Shown in pieces: positions 11,307 to 22,068 of a stretch of 64,000 nt of DNA. Under the pieces are notes generated by a model. The model worked only from the letters and a program-made list of their open reading frames with translations. It ran no database searches and was not told the DNA's origin. Origin of the DNA: a virus (Duplodnaviria; Heunggongvirae; Uroviricota; Caudoviricetes); IMG/VR virus record IMGVR_UViG_2925450510_000002. The stretch is one strand, 5' to 3'. Each line of letters begins with the position of its first letter. Within the stretch, counting starts at the first letter, position 1. The translations under genes were made by a program, and so were the position numbers.

Positions 11307-12089
11307 TTAATAACTTGTCGCTTTCTCAAATTCTACTGCAGCCTGACGCTCCCCCTGACGCAGCATGTCCACCAGCCCCTCATAGAACGGTTTCCAGTTG
11401 CGTGACCACGAAGACTGATGGAGATCCGGGAGACGCTTCAGAATGGCGCGGTGAACCGTCGCTGAGGGTACAACAGAGAAGCCATTTCCAGAGCAGCGCT
11501 CACATGTTTTGAAAACCGGTGCGCCAAGTTCTTTGGTCGCTTTGCGATCTAACACCTCCCCTTTACCACCACACCTGCATCGCGCATGGATCACTTTCTT
11601 TCCTCCACACACTCCACAGACCCTTTTCACCAGTTCATTTCTAATCTTTGGGGCCTTCACCTCGACACCGTCTGCATCGAAAATACCAGGGTGCTTAATT
11701 ACATCTTCATGGCTGGAAATAAAGCCGGTTCCGCTGCAGCTGTGACACGTTGCGCTGGTGGCCGCCGAACGTGAGTACTCCGCAAAAGCAAATTGTGCCA
11801 GCGTCAACATGCAGGTGCCGAGCTTGTCACCGGCGGCTTTGCGGACATTTTTAGGAGCGTTTTTGATGGCAAACTGCGCCAGCGCCTGAATTGCAAGCTG
11901 TTCATCCGTTTTGCTGATACCAGCCTTTCCGAAGAAAGCGGCCAGGCCGAAGCGTGCCCTGCTGCTGGTCACACCGATCCCGGTCATAATGTCTGTGCCA
12001 TTCAGGCGATTCGGGGATGTGCTTTTCGCGTCGTCGGTGATATGCATGCCCTGAGGGCTAAAGTGTTTGAGGGAGGCTTCCAGTTTCAT
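11307..12089 (-). CDS. late antiterminator Q (phage 82/21 Q-like family)
   Basis: Cys-rich zinc-binding segments. Positioned just upstream of pR' and the lysis genes. ATGA overlap with the upstream gene. Confidence 0.65.
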   Translation of the reverse strand: MKLEASLKHFSPQGMHITDDAKSTSPNRLNGTDIMTGIGVTSSRARFGLAAFFGKAGISKTDEQLAIQALAQFAIKNAPKNVRKAAGDKLGTCMLTLAQFAFAEYSRSAATSATCHSCSGTGFISSHEDVIKHPGIFDADGVEVKAPKIRNELVKRVCGVCGGKKVIHARCRCGGKGEVLDRKATKELGAPVFKTCERCSGNGFSVVPSATVHRAILKRLPDLHQSSWSRNWKPFYEGLVDMLRQGERQAAVEFEKATSY

Positions 12090-12562
12090 TCTTCGCACTC
12101 CCCGACCAGGTTCAAAATAATGCGATCAAACAGCGAATCCCGTTCCTCAAAATAGTCACATGCCAGTAACCACTTGCAGACTGTTAATGCTTCAGCCCGG
12201 GTAACTGGTTTCATGGCGCACAAAAGGTCAGTGAGCCACCCGCGCCGATCCCAGATAATCTGGACGTAGCCATCGCCATTTTGTGTTTTATACCTGTGAC
12301 GAAGTACGGATTCCCAGTAATCCCATTCAATGGTTACATCGCTTAATGTCCAGGGAGAGAGGAGGATGTTTTTAAAACCTTTAATTTCTCTTACGCGAAG
12401 TTCTTCCGCCTCACGACTTAAGTTTTTTTCATCGGCCCAGTTTGCATAAATATGACTGAAGCGCTCCATAACAAGGCGCTCAGCATCAGTAATTTTCTCA
12501 GGCGAAAAGTCCTGTTCGATGGTGAAGAATTGGTTATGTTGCAGATTGTTATTGTTCATCAT
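12086..12562 (-). CDS. hypothetical nin-region protein, 158 aa
   Basis: ORF between primase and Q. Start overlaps the primase stop. Confidence 0.5.
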   Translation of the reverse strand: MMNNNNLQHNQFFTIEQDFSPEKITDAERLVMERFSHIYANWADEKNLSREAEELRVREIKGFKNILLSPWTLSDVTIEWDYWESVLRHRYKTQNGDGYVQIIWDRRGWLTDLLCAMKPVTRAEALTVCKWLLACDYFEERDSLFDRIILNLVGECEE

Positions 12563-13521
12563 GCTGCCACCTTTTTATAGAAAACTTGTTCACGAACCTG
12601 ATCGCCGTTCATAAGCATATCATTGAAATCTCCGTTATCCGGCCAGCGTATGCTGACTTTCACCAGGTCGTTTTTCGCCAGCAGGTTTGCGTGGGCGCAC
12701 TCGAACGCCGCGGCATGTCCAGTTGCAGAGTGCTTGTCCATGTCGGCAAAAATAATCAGATGCTTCACACCTGCCGGGACCCGGAATTTCTTCATAAACC
12801 CGCTGTTGATTACCGCCCAGGTGTTGACGCCATAAACCTGATAACAGGAGAGTGCTGTTTCGATACCTTCGGCAATGCCGATCGTCGTTGATACCGGAAA
12901 CATGCGAATGGCCACAGAGCGGGCGTGATCCAGATAGCTGTCCTCTTGAAGCGACTTAAGACGTTTGGCGCTATCAATATCTGCCTTCCTGTCGCCGTCC
13001 AGCAGCGTCTGGTGCAGGTAACAAAGCTCAGCTTTGTCATCGGTAGCCAGGGCATACAGAGCTTGATAAACGCGCCCCGCATGGCGTTGGCGGTCACAAA
13101 AACGGATGCCTTCTGCCGGCAGGCGACTTATCCCACGTTGAAGAAGGTAACCAGCCGCGCTAGTTCCCCGTAAATCGAGCAACTTGGAAAACTTACTGAT
13201 GACTCGCTGGCGCTGCCGCGCCGCCGAACTGTTAGAAGGCACGTTGATGCGCTGATAGTTATTCCCGATGAGCTGGTCCACTTCTGCGCAGATGGCGGAA
13301 AAGCTTTTTGACTGGGTCAGGGTCAGCAGCTTCATCCCGTCACCGCTACCGCATACACAGATCCATGTACCCTGACCGTCACGGTCATCAACGCGATACT
13401 TCCCCCGCGCCTTACAGACCGGACATTCTCCCTTGTAATGGTTTTTCCCGGTGATAGGCGGCAGCCCGTAATATTCAAAAATTTCTGACCACCGGCCTTT
13501 TGCTGCTTCTGCTGTTTTCAT
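12559..13521 (-). CDS. DNA primase (zinc-binding CHC2-like N-terminus plus TOPRIM)
   Basis: CPVCKARGKYRV zinc ribbon, IAEGIETALS and IFADMD TOPRIM motifs. Start placed 1 nt after the helicase stop. Confidence 0.75.
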   Translation of the reverse strand: MKTAEAAKGRWSEIFEYYGLPPITGKNHYKGECPVCKARGKYRVDDRDGQGTWICVCGSGDGMKLLTLTQSKSFSAICAEVDQLIGNNYQRINVPSNSSAARQRQRVISKFSKLLDLRGTSAAGYLLQRGISRLPAEGIRFCDRQRHAGRVYQALYALATDDKAELCYLHQTLLDGDRKADIDSAKRLKSLQEDSYLDHARSVAIRMFPVSTTIGIAEGIETALSCYQVYGVNTWAVINSGFMKKFRVPAGVKHLIIFADMDKHSATGHAAAFECAHANLLAKNDLVKVSIRWPDNGDFNDMLMNGDQVREQVFYKKVAA

Positions 13522-13522
13522 A

Positions 13523-15181
13523 TCACTGACTCGCACTATTTACGTTTTTCTGGAGTTTTCGTTTTGCTTCGATAATTAATTGCCCGTCGCTGCCCTCAGG
13601 AGGCTCATAGTTGATACTGGCGCTCGGAGGTGGAAATAGATCCTGGTCAGGTTTCTTCCCCATCTGCTGCAGGCGTTCGCGGCGTTTAGCAAATTTGATA
13701 AGTTTGTGTTTGATGTGATTGCTGACCTCCGGTGTGATCTCCATTGGAAAGTCGCTTAAGCCGTTGGGCCATTCGCCGAATTTCTCCTGAAAGGTATGAG
13801 CACACCAGCCATCGCTGACAGGTTTCCCCTGCGCCGCACGATGACGCTGGTAAAACTTGATCTGACTCCACCAGGACTGCTTGTCGCTTTTGGTATAAAC
13901 CGTTTCGTGCTTGCTCATTTTTTTGATGTTGCGGGTGCCGTCAGTCTCGACGTCCTGACCAACGAGCGGTTTAAATCCGCACTTTGGGCAGACGTAAACG
14001 CCGGATGGCTTCATGAAATGACATTCGGGGCATTCTTTCGGAAGTTTTTCTTCGCGCTCCTTAGTTGCGCCGGCAGCGGCCGCTTTCATGCCGTCGTTTG
14101 TGGATGGCAGATCGTCGTATTCGATGGAGTCAGGGAAGCCGAGGCGATGCACAGTGCCACTGTGATCAAAAATCAGGCAGGCATCTTTCCCGGGTGCAGT
14201 TCGCAGTCCGCGGCCCAGCGCCTGCAGCCAGCGAATTTCACTTTTTGTCGGACGGGCGTAGATAATGCAGCGAACATCACTATCAAAACCGGCCACCAGC
14301 ACACCCACACTGACGATTATTTTTGTGGCGCCAGTCTCGAAGCGGTGGATCATCGCCTGCCGTTCTTCGTGGGGTGTTTCTGCGACCATCACCTCAGCGT
14401 TAATGCCCGCCTTGTTAAACTGCATGGTTACAAAGTTTGCGTGGGCCTTGTTAACGCAGAACGCCACCGTAGGAAGGTCACGACCATGACGAAGCCAGTT
14501 ATCGACGATATCGCCCACCAGGTCAGAACCGCACATGATTTCCGCCAGCTGGGACTCGTCGTAATCAGTACCGAACTCTATAGATGGCTTCGTTTCTACC
14601 CCGCTAAGATCCGGTTTTGTTGGGGCGAAAAATTCGTACTTACTGAGGTCACCACGCTGGATCAATTCGCCAATCGTCGTTGGCTTAATCAGGTGTTGAT
14701 AGTAATGGCCCAGGAACGGCGCAAAAGGGGTACCAGATAAACCGATAACCTTCGCTTTTTTCTCCGCTGTGATCCGTTCGATTTCTTTCAGGATACGGCG
14801 TTTACGCAGGTGCGCCTCATCGACAATAAGCAGATCGATGTTTTTGGGAAATTCACGCCTAATGAGCGTGTCAGCGCTCGCAATCTGGATCAGCAGATTT
14901 GGGTCGTAGTTCGGGTGATCACGCCAGATAAAACTAATCTGGTCTTCCGGCAACCCGTATTCTGTAAAGCGCTGGGCGGTCTGGTTAATCAGGATCGTAT
15001 ACGGGGCGACAAACAGAACACGCATACCACGACTAACCAGGCCGGCGGCGATAAACGCAGCCAGGCCTGTTTTGCCGCTTCCGGTCGGTGCGTAGACCAT
15101 GAAGGAATCGTGCGCCTTCCAGGTGCGCCGCAGCATGTTAAGCCCACGTTCCTGTGCAAAGTTCGGTGTGATGTTAAGCAT
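13523..15181 (-). CDS. SF2 DEAH-box helicase with C-terminal zinc ribbon (replication)
   Basis: Walker A APTGSGKT, a DEAH motif, and CPECHF...CPKCGF. Confidence 0.8.
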   Translation of the reverse strand: MLNITPNFAQERGLNMLRRTWKAHDSFMVYAPTGSGKTGLAAFIAAGLVSRGMRVLFVAPYTILINQTAQRFTEYGLPEDQISFIWRDHPNYDPNLLIQIASADTLIRREFPKNIDLLIVDEAHLRKRRILKEIERITAEKKAKVIGLSGTPFAPFLGHYYQHLIKPTTIGELIQRGDLSKYEFFAPTKPDLSGVETKPSIEFGTDYDESQLAEIMCGSDLVGDIVDNWLRHGRDLPTVAFCVNKAHANFVTMQFNKAGINAEVMVAETPHEERQAMIHRFETGATKIIVSVGVLVAGFDSDVRCIIYARPTKSEIRWLQALGRGLRTAPGKDACLIFDHSGTVHRLGFPDSIEYDDLPSTNDGMKAAAAGATKEREEKLPKECPECHFMKPSGVYVCPKCGFKPLVGQDVETDGTRNIKKMSKHETVYTKSDKQSWWSQIKFYQRHRAAQGKPVSDGWCAHTFQEKFGEWPNGLSDFPMEITPEVSNHIKHKLIKFAKRRERLQQMGKKPDQDLFPPPSASINYEPPEGSDGQLIIEAKRKLQKNVNSASQ

Positions 15182-15489
15182 TGTCAGCCCTTTTTGAGTT
15201 CTACTCTTCCAGGAAGAAACATTCCTGACCTCTTGCCGGGATACCGTGTACCAGTTTGCTAGTGCGCCGCTCTTTTATGGTTCTGCCTTCAAGATCGGTA
15301 CCTACCTAACCCATGTACCTGTCTGTTGGAAAAGGACGCTATTCCTGCCCTAACTCCCAACTCCCCCCAACCCCCCTCTTCCCTCTTCCCCATCCCATGT
15401 ACTCGCAAGCTGGTACAAAGAACAAAAAACAGTCAAGGATTGTTCCCTGCTATCACCCGGCACCTTTAAGCCCGGTGACCAACGGATCG

Positions 15490-15783
15490 TTACTGAGATC
15501 CGGCCAGGGGTGGCTGGGTCGTATACCCCTGCAGTGCGCGTCCGTGTGCATCCACGAATCTGCGAAGCCTCACATTGGCTTCATGCCTTGCCCGGTTCTC
15601 CTTGCGGTATGGAACGGGCTCGGCTTCGAACGATTCCTGATACACAGCTGCATAACGCTGAATGGCTTTTTGTCGTGCTGCTGGCGTCAGGCTCAGTAAC
15701 TGCTGCTTGATCCATTCTTCATCTGCAGATGCGTACACAGATGGGAGCAAACCGTGGTCAGGCCTCATCCCGTGCAACATCAT
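15490..15783 (-). CDS. hypothetical protein in the cII position
   Basis: 97 aa, immediately downstream of cro. No recognisable HTH. Confidence 0.4.
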   Translation of the reverse strand: MMLHGMRPDHGLLPSVYASADEEWIKQQLLSLTPAARQKAIQRYAAVYQESFEAEPVPYRKENRARHEANVRLRRFVDAHGRALQGYTTQPPLAGSQ

Positions 15784-15979
15784 CTGAAAATACCTCGTCC
15801 AAACTTGTATTCAGGCCAAGCTGTTTAAACGCGCTGACGATCCGCTTTCCGACTGCAACATCAGGAATCCTTCTTCCTGTTTCGTAGTGGCTAACGGCCC
15901 CCTGGGAGCTATCAATCAGCGCGGCCAGCTCTCCCTGAGTTACCTTTGCTTTGCGTCTAAGGCTCTTGATTCCACTCAT
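15758..15979 (-). CDS. cro: Cro-like HTH repressor
   Basis: 73-aa XRE HTH (VTQGELAALIDSSQGAVSHYETGRR), divergent from cI. Confidence 0.65.
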   Translation of the reverse strand: MSGIKSLRRKAKVTQGELAALIDSSQGAVSHYETGRRIPDVAVGKRIVSAFKQLGLNTSLDEVFSDDVARDEA

Positions 15980-16076
15980 TCGATTAGTCTCGCATAAATA
16001 ATACATAACGTACTATACACGGTCACAAGAATAATACAAAATGGAAGTTGCTCAGTAAATACGGAATGTAATAATC
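15980..16076. promoter_or_regulatory. OR region between divergent cro and cI with three spaced ATAAT(A/C)CA repeats
   Basis: Repeats at about 15998, 16031 and 16070. The element CCATTTTGTATT (inverted) recurs downstream of cI. Confidence 0.45.
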
Positions 16077-16745
16077 ATGGCTATGAAACAGAGATGGCAG
16101 GACCTGGCCAAAACCAGGATGAAAGAAGTCGGCATGACTCAAGAACAGCTGGCAGAGGCGCTCGGCATAACGCAGGGCGGGCTGGGCCATTGGTTAAACG
16201 CCAGACGTGAACCGAACTTAGAGGTTATAGCTAAGATTTTTAACATATTGAAAATGCCCGGCTTCGTAGTAAATGCTGACGGCACTATCAGCGACTCAAG
16301 AGCCGATCACAATGTAAGTTTTAATAGCATTAACGAATCCAAGGGAAGCTACCCTGTTATAAGCTGGGTTAGCGCTGGAGATTGGATGGAAGCTGTAGAA
16401 CCGTACCACCGTAGAGCGATAGATCGATGGTATGACACCACCGTTGAATGCTCTGAGGATTCGTTCTGGTTAGACGTCAGAGGCGATTCCATGACATCAC
16501 CAGCAGGGCTGAGCATACCGGAAGGGATGGCGATACTTGTCGATCCCCAAGTGGAAGCAATCAACGGAAAATTGGTTGTAGCGAAACTTGACGGTGACAA
16601 TGAAGCCACTTTCAAAAAGCTTGTTATCGATGCCGGTCAAAGATTTCTCAAACCCCTCAACCCCCAATACCCAATAATCCCTATCAATGGCAATTGCCGT
16701 ATTATCGGGGTTGTAGTCGACGCAAAAATCACCAACCTCCCATAA
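16077..16745 (+). CDS. cI: CI-like repressor with C-terminal S24 (LexA-like) self-cleaving peptidase
   Basis: N-terminal HTH (QEQLAEALGITQGGLGHW) and C-terminal GDSM...K peptidase region. Confidence 0.85.
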   Translation: MAMKQRWQDLAKTRMKEVGMTQEQLAEALGITQGGLGHWLNARREPNLEVIAKIFNILKMPGFVVNADGTISDSRADHNVSFNSINESKGSYPVISWVSAGDWMEAVEPYHRRAIDRWYDTTVECSEDSFWLDVRGDSMTSPAGLSIPEGMAILVDPQVEAINGKLVVAKLDGDNEATFKKLVIDAGQRFLKPLNPQYPIIPINGNCRIIGVVVDAKITNLP

Positions 16746-16748
16746 ATT

Positions 16749-16772
16749 GGCCGCGAAAGCGGCTTTTTTTTT
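16749..16772 (+). terminator. rho-independent terminator after cI
   Basis: GCCGC-GAAA-GCGGC followed by nine T. Confidence 0.6.
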
Positions 16773-16906
16773 GCCTCCAACACCCCACCAGAAACTAAAA
16801 AACCTTGAAAAACAAAATGATGTGAAATAACACACCAAAATACTCCATTTTGTATTGATCTTATTTAATACGTTATGTATTGTTTATGCATTAGCGGATT
16901 AATGGA

Positions 16907-17133
16907 GTGCAAAAGATGAGTACAGAGAAATTTTTTCAACTGGTAACTATACCTGATTACCGTTTCTCTTCCGATAAAGAGCAATGTCAAAACATTGATT
17001 TCGACAAAATTGCTACTGATTGCGATACAAAAACAATATCTATTTTGCAAGCCATCAATCATATAGGGGTTAGCATAATGAGTGAGGCAGAAGAAAAGAG
17101 ATTAAATAAAGATAAAATAATGATGCTTTCTAG
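16907..17133 (+). pseudogene. 5' part of a small ORF disrupted by IS insertion; the 3' part is at 58857..58953
   Basis: The ORF reads from AT-rich phage DNA into the IS left end. Removing IS-phageB-IS and one CTAG copy rejoins it in frame as a 107-aa ORF. Confidence 0.5.
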
Positions 17134-18328
<1,195 letters not shown>

Positions 18329-19334
18329 TTAACAGCGTACTCCTGTCTACTTCATTTAAGTATTTAAATATACTACCTCTAATTATTAAAGATACAGGAG
18401 AATTTCCACAATAAACTAAATCGGCACCTGTTGGTTTCGCTAATTCTATTAATACATCAGCTGCTGATCCTGACTCGGGAAGTACACCAACAGGCCTCCC
18501 ACCTGAAAATGCAAGTATTTTACCTTCCAGCATGCTTAATTGGGGAAGCTCTTCAACATATGAATCAGGAACACGAAGGCTTCTTCGGAAATTGCTATCA
18601 ATCTTCTGATCAAGAATGGCATCACCAGCTTTCCAGGCATTAGTGTTGTCAACAATCTGCCTATCAACATAATTCTTCGTGGACGCATCCTGCGCCTGTG
18701 ACGGGTCACGCAGGTTACGAATGCGGTTGTTGAGTGCGTCGTAATAGTTCGCGAGCCACGATGGCTTCCTGAGAGATAGACCGGACCACCACCCATATGC
18801 CTGCTGCACCAGCATGGTCAACTTATCGAGAGCATCTTCGTGGATCTCAGGGAAAAAGCCACCCTGGTTCCTGATGCTGGCTTCCTGCGTAACCGGCGTG
18901 CTGCGCTCGATAGAGATTTTGTAGCCAGCTGGCAGCGCTGATGTCAGAACCACCTTCCCCCCGTTGTAACGGTTTACTCCGGTAACCGTGTAGTCGGTAC
19001 CGAGTGTTAGCGTCACGATGCTTTCGGAGGTATCCAGGGTCTGCACCAGCAGGTGGCTTTTATCCAGGATGCGGAACGTGAAATCGTATTGGGTAGTGGC
19101 GCCGTTTCCGGTGTACTCGTTACGGCTTACCTGCGTTGAAACTGTCATAGTCTGCTCCAGTGGTCAGCGCTGGCGCGCGTGCATAGAAGCATTCTATTAC
19201 CCATCAAACCATATATGAATAAAACAGATCGAAACGAGCAAAAACATTACCATTAAGGTAAATAAAACCTTCTGGAAAACCCTGTTACCTTTTGATATAT
19301 GTATATATATACAGTATTTATCGGAGTAATCCTA

Positions 19335-19595
19335 ATGCCAGAGCGGTACCAGTATCCTGTCGACGAAGGTTTTGCGGATCGTATTCACACCCCGGAAGGG
19401 GTCAGATCCCTGGTTGTAAAATCACAGCTGATGGAGTTGCTCAGGGAGATGGAGCGAGACGGCCACGATGTCAGCGGTGCGGCGGCGGAACTGGTGGCAC
19501 TGGTTAACTATGTGACGAGCTCGCAGTTGTCGATGCGGGAGCTGCAAACACACCTGGATTTCTGCGCAATGCAGTTGCGGCAGCAACTCAGATAG
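19335..19595 (+). CDS. small protein paralogous to the C-terminal domain of the downstream antirepressor
   Basis: ERYQYPVDEGFADRIHTPEGVRSLVVKSQLMELLREMERDGHDVSGAAAE aligns with RRYQDHIHSPDGLRELAKSSMVMKLLRELDADGHDVSGAAAE of 19910..20599. GGAG SD. Confidence 0.5.
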   Translation: MPERYQYPVDEGFADRIHTPEGVRSLVVKSQLMELLREMERDGHDVSGAAAELVALVNYVTSSQLSMRELQTHLDFCAMQLRQQLR

Positions 19596-19733
19596 TGATT
19601 GAAATCAAAATAAAGATGGGTTTATCATTACCAAAATGGTAAATTTACAACCCATTTTCCTTGTGCCATAGTGATCGGGCATCGGCAAAATCCGGTGCCG
19701 GGATTGGCGTCCCGGATAACTAAACGGCGCACA

Positions 19734-19756
19734 ACACGCGCACTGCGTGTTTTTTT
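19734..19756 (+). terminator. rho-independent terminator
   Basis: ACACGC-GCACT-GCGTGT followed by TTTTTT. Confidence 0.5.
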
Positions 19757-19909
19757 GTGCACGCGCTCTGACGCACCTATCCAATGGTGGGCTGGGCGGG
19801 GGTCCGAAAGGACGCCGGTATCCGTTTAGGCCGGTACGCCAACTCCGTTCAGTTCACCACCAGTAATTGGCGTTGCGGTGGTGATAACTCTACTAAGCGG
19901 GGTATCACA

Positions 19910-20599
19910 ATGAACACCAAACCTTCCATTTTCAATTTCGAATCAGACTCAGCTATTCGCGCCATTATGATCGATGGCAATCCTTGGTTTTTTGCATCCG
20001 ATGTTTGCCGCGCGATTGGCATCGCAAACCATCGTGATGCAGTTCGCAAACTTGATGATGACGAGAAGGGCGTCGGCTCAACCGACACCCTTGGTGGTGA
20101 GCAAGAATCAGTTATCATCTCCGAGTCTGGCCTCTACACCCTTATCCTCCGCTGCCGCGATGCGGTGACGCCGGGCACCATCCCCTACCGCTTCCGCAAA
20201 TGGGTAACCAGCGAGGTGCTGCCGCAGATCCGCAAGACTGGCCGCTACGTTCGGGAAGAACTCTCCCAGGCTGATAAAGCCCGCATGCTGGCGCAGGAGA
20301 TGACCAGCAGCATGTTGCCGGCGATCATGGATGCATTGCAGGTCGAGCAGAAGCATTACACCTTCCCTCTTAACCGACGCTATCAGGATCACATCCATTC
20401 ACCTGATGGCCTGCGTGAACTGGCGAAAAGCTCAATGGTGATGAAGCTGCTCCGCGAACTCGATGCTGACGGGCATGATGTTTCCGGCGCCGCCGCAGAG
20501 GTCACGGCCATGCTCAGCTACATTGTTGGTATCGGTGCCGTACTGCGCGACATAGAGACGCATGCTCAGTACGTGATGGTTAAGGCCAAGGGTTACTGA
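19910..20599 (+). CDS. antirepressor (Bro-N / AntA-like N-domain plus C-terminal domain)
   Basis: SIFNFESDSAIRAIMIDGNPWFFASDVCRAIG is a Bro-N signature. Confidence 0.7.
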   Translation: MNTKPSIFNFESDSAIRAIMIDGNPWFFASDVCRAIGIANHRDAVRKLDDDEKGVGSTDTLGGEQESVIISESGLYTLILRCRDAVTPGTIPYRFRKWVTSEVLPQIRKTGRYVREELSQADKARMLAQEMTSSMLPAIMDALQVEQKHYTFPLNRRYQDHIHSPDGLRELAKSSMVMKLLRELDADGHDVSGAAAEVTAMLSYIVGIGAVLRDIETHAQYVMVKAKGY

Positions 20600-20759
20600 G
20601 GCTGCTGGCGCAGGGAAGCGCCTTAAAAAGCATGATGCGTAACCTATTCATATCTATTGATATCACGTTTTTATTGCTTTGCTCATCTTGCAACCAACAA
20701 TACCTGTGAGTATATTTAGCCCAAAGGTATTCAACCTTTTGTTGAGTGTAGGAGGCAGT

Positions 20760-20972
20760 ATGCGTATCAAAAAATCAGGCAGAAAAGCCATGATGCTGGA
20801 AGGTATCATGACAGACAATGTTGTGACCGCAGATGCCGCATCCTTCCTGAGCATAGCCAACAAGAGCAGGAACGAGATCGAGTCTGTAAAATTTGAACCA
20901 CCAAAAATTGGTGGTAAAGGTTTTGGTTACTTCAGAGTCAGAATGAAAACCAGACATTATGAGGCTCAGTAA
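20760..20972 (+). CDS. small basic hypothetical protein, about 70 aa
   Basis: GGAGG SD. Low-GC segment. Confidence 0.4.
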   Translation: MRIKKSGRKAMMLEGIMTDNVVTADAASFLSIANKSRNEIESVKFEPPKIGGKGFGYFRVRMKTRHYEAQ

Positions 20973-20976
20973 GTAA

Positions 20977-21375
20977 ATGGCCGACCATAACAATGGAGTG
21001 CAAAGGCATCAGGCTGAAGTATTAGAGCAACTTATCGAGAATCAAAGGCTTGATATTGAGGTCAGGCGAGCAGAAGTAGAAACAAAATCTAAGGAAATTG
21101 AGGCCAATGAAAGAATTGGCCTCAGATCTATTGAGGCCCAGGAAAAAGTCCAGGTATCTCTAGGGCGTAGAGAAACGACCAATATTCTCATCCGCGTTGG
21201 TGGGTTTCTTTTGGCGTTTCTTTTCGTTCTGATCTTCATTGGTTTTGCCATAAAAAATGATGCTAAAGATATAGTTATTGAGCTAATGAAGTATGTTGTC
21301 CCGCTTATCATTGGTGGACTTGGTGGTTTTTATATTGGTAAAGCCAAGGGAAAAGATGAGGCTAGTGGTGAGTAA
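20977..21375 (+). CDS. coiled-coil protein with C-terminal double TM anchor
   Basis: 132 aa. Starts 5 nt after the previous stop. Low GC. Confidence 0.5.
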   Translation: MADHNNGVQRHQAEVLEQLIENQRLDIEVRRAEVETKSKEIEANERIGLRSIEAQEKVQVSLGRRETTNILIRVGGFLLAFLFVLIFIGFAIKNDAKDIVIELMKYVVPLIIGGLGGFYIGKAKGKDEASGE

Positions 21376-21445
21376 CTAACTGTACTTGATTTTTATGGAT
21401 GAAATCTAAGCGCAGCGCTAAACTCATGAAGCCACGTTCAGTGGT

Positions 21446-21844
21446 CTACACATGGTAAGTGAAAATGAAAAAAGCATTCGCAGTGCTGTTTGTTCTGTTG
21501 TCTCTGGGTTCTTCTGCACAGGCTTTCGCGTACTGGATAACCCGATCGCGGATTTCAGGACGGACTTTGTTGGGACTGATGGTATTGAGCCAACCGGCCA
21601 ACTTGCGAAGAGCGAGGCAAATCATTTTGCGGGTTTTACCATCAGCGGCAACCATAGAGATTTCCTCTATAGTTGATGAGAAGCGCTGTTTCAGCTTGGT
21701 GTATTGACCCATCCAGTCCATACCCATCCCCTCAACGATAGGTTTCATCGGGGTATACGGCTCGCCGTTGTGGTTAACGACGTAGAGGCTTGCACCGTGG
21801 AAAGGTACATTGATTGTACGATCTGCAATTGCTAAACTTGTCAT
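21446..21844 (-). CDS. antirepressor, P22 Ant N-terminal-domain-like
   Basis: LAIADRTINVPFHGASLYVVNHNGEPYTPMKPIVEGMGMDW fits the P22_AR_N pattern. AGGAAA SD. Downstream of the arc-like gene. Confidence 0.55.
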   Translation of the reverse strand: MTSLAIADRTINVPFHGASLYVVNHNGEPYTPMKPIVEGMGMDWMGQYTKLKQRFSSTIEEISMVAADGKTRKMICLALRKLAGWLNTISPNKVRPEIRDRVIQYAKACAEEPRDNRTNSTANAFFIFTYHV

Positions 21845-21915
21845 GTCAATATTTCCTACGCTGGTTTGTTGATAATGAAGCCCCGAAGGTGCCAGCCAAC
21901 GGGGCTTCGCTGTTT

Positions 21916-22068
21916 TTACTGCGCATGCATTTGCCCTCTGAACTTCAGTGCCCATACAAGCGCCTGAACTAAAGCTGCATTTTCAGAAAGCCCCTCCTCC
22001 TCCGCAATGCGTTTGAACTCTTCTTTTACTTTCTGCGGATAACGCAGAGTTGTTTTTGCCTCTTTCAT
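21916..22068 (-). CDS. Arc-like ribbon-helix-helix repressor, 50 aa
   Basis: MKEAKTTLRYPQKVKEEFKRIAEEEGLSENAALVQALVWAL parallels P22 Arc (LRWPREVLDLVRKVAEENGRSVNSEIYQRVMES). Confidence 0.6.
   Translation of the reverse strand: MKEAKTTLRYPQKVKEEFKRIAEEEGLSENAALVQALVWALKFRGQMHAQ

Noticed and set aside
15313-15699. Plus-strand 128-aa ORF spanning the helicase-upstream gap
   Set aside because: It overlaps the C-rich tract and the cII-position gene. Pro/Leu-rich composition is typical of translation through a poly-C run.
16907-17133. Disrupted ORF as an N-like antiterminator (same 107-aa length, same position as lambda N)
   Set aside because: It has no arginine-rich motif and no resemblance to N.
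21459-21707. ORF with a very signal-peptide-like N-terminus (MKMKKAFAVLFVLLSLGSSAQA)
   Set aside because: It is fully antisense within the Ant-like gene 21446..21844. No independent RBS context was found, so it is likely fortuitous.
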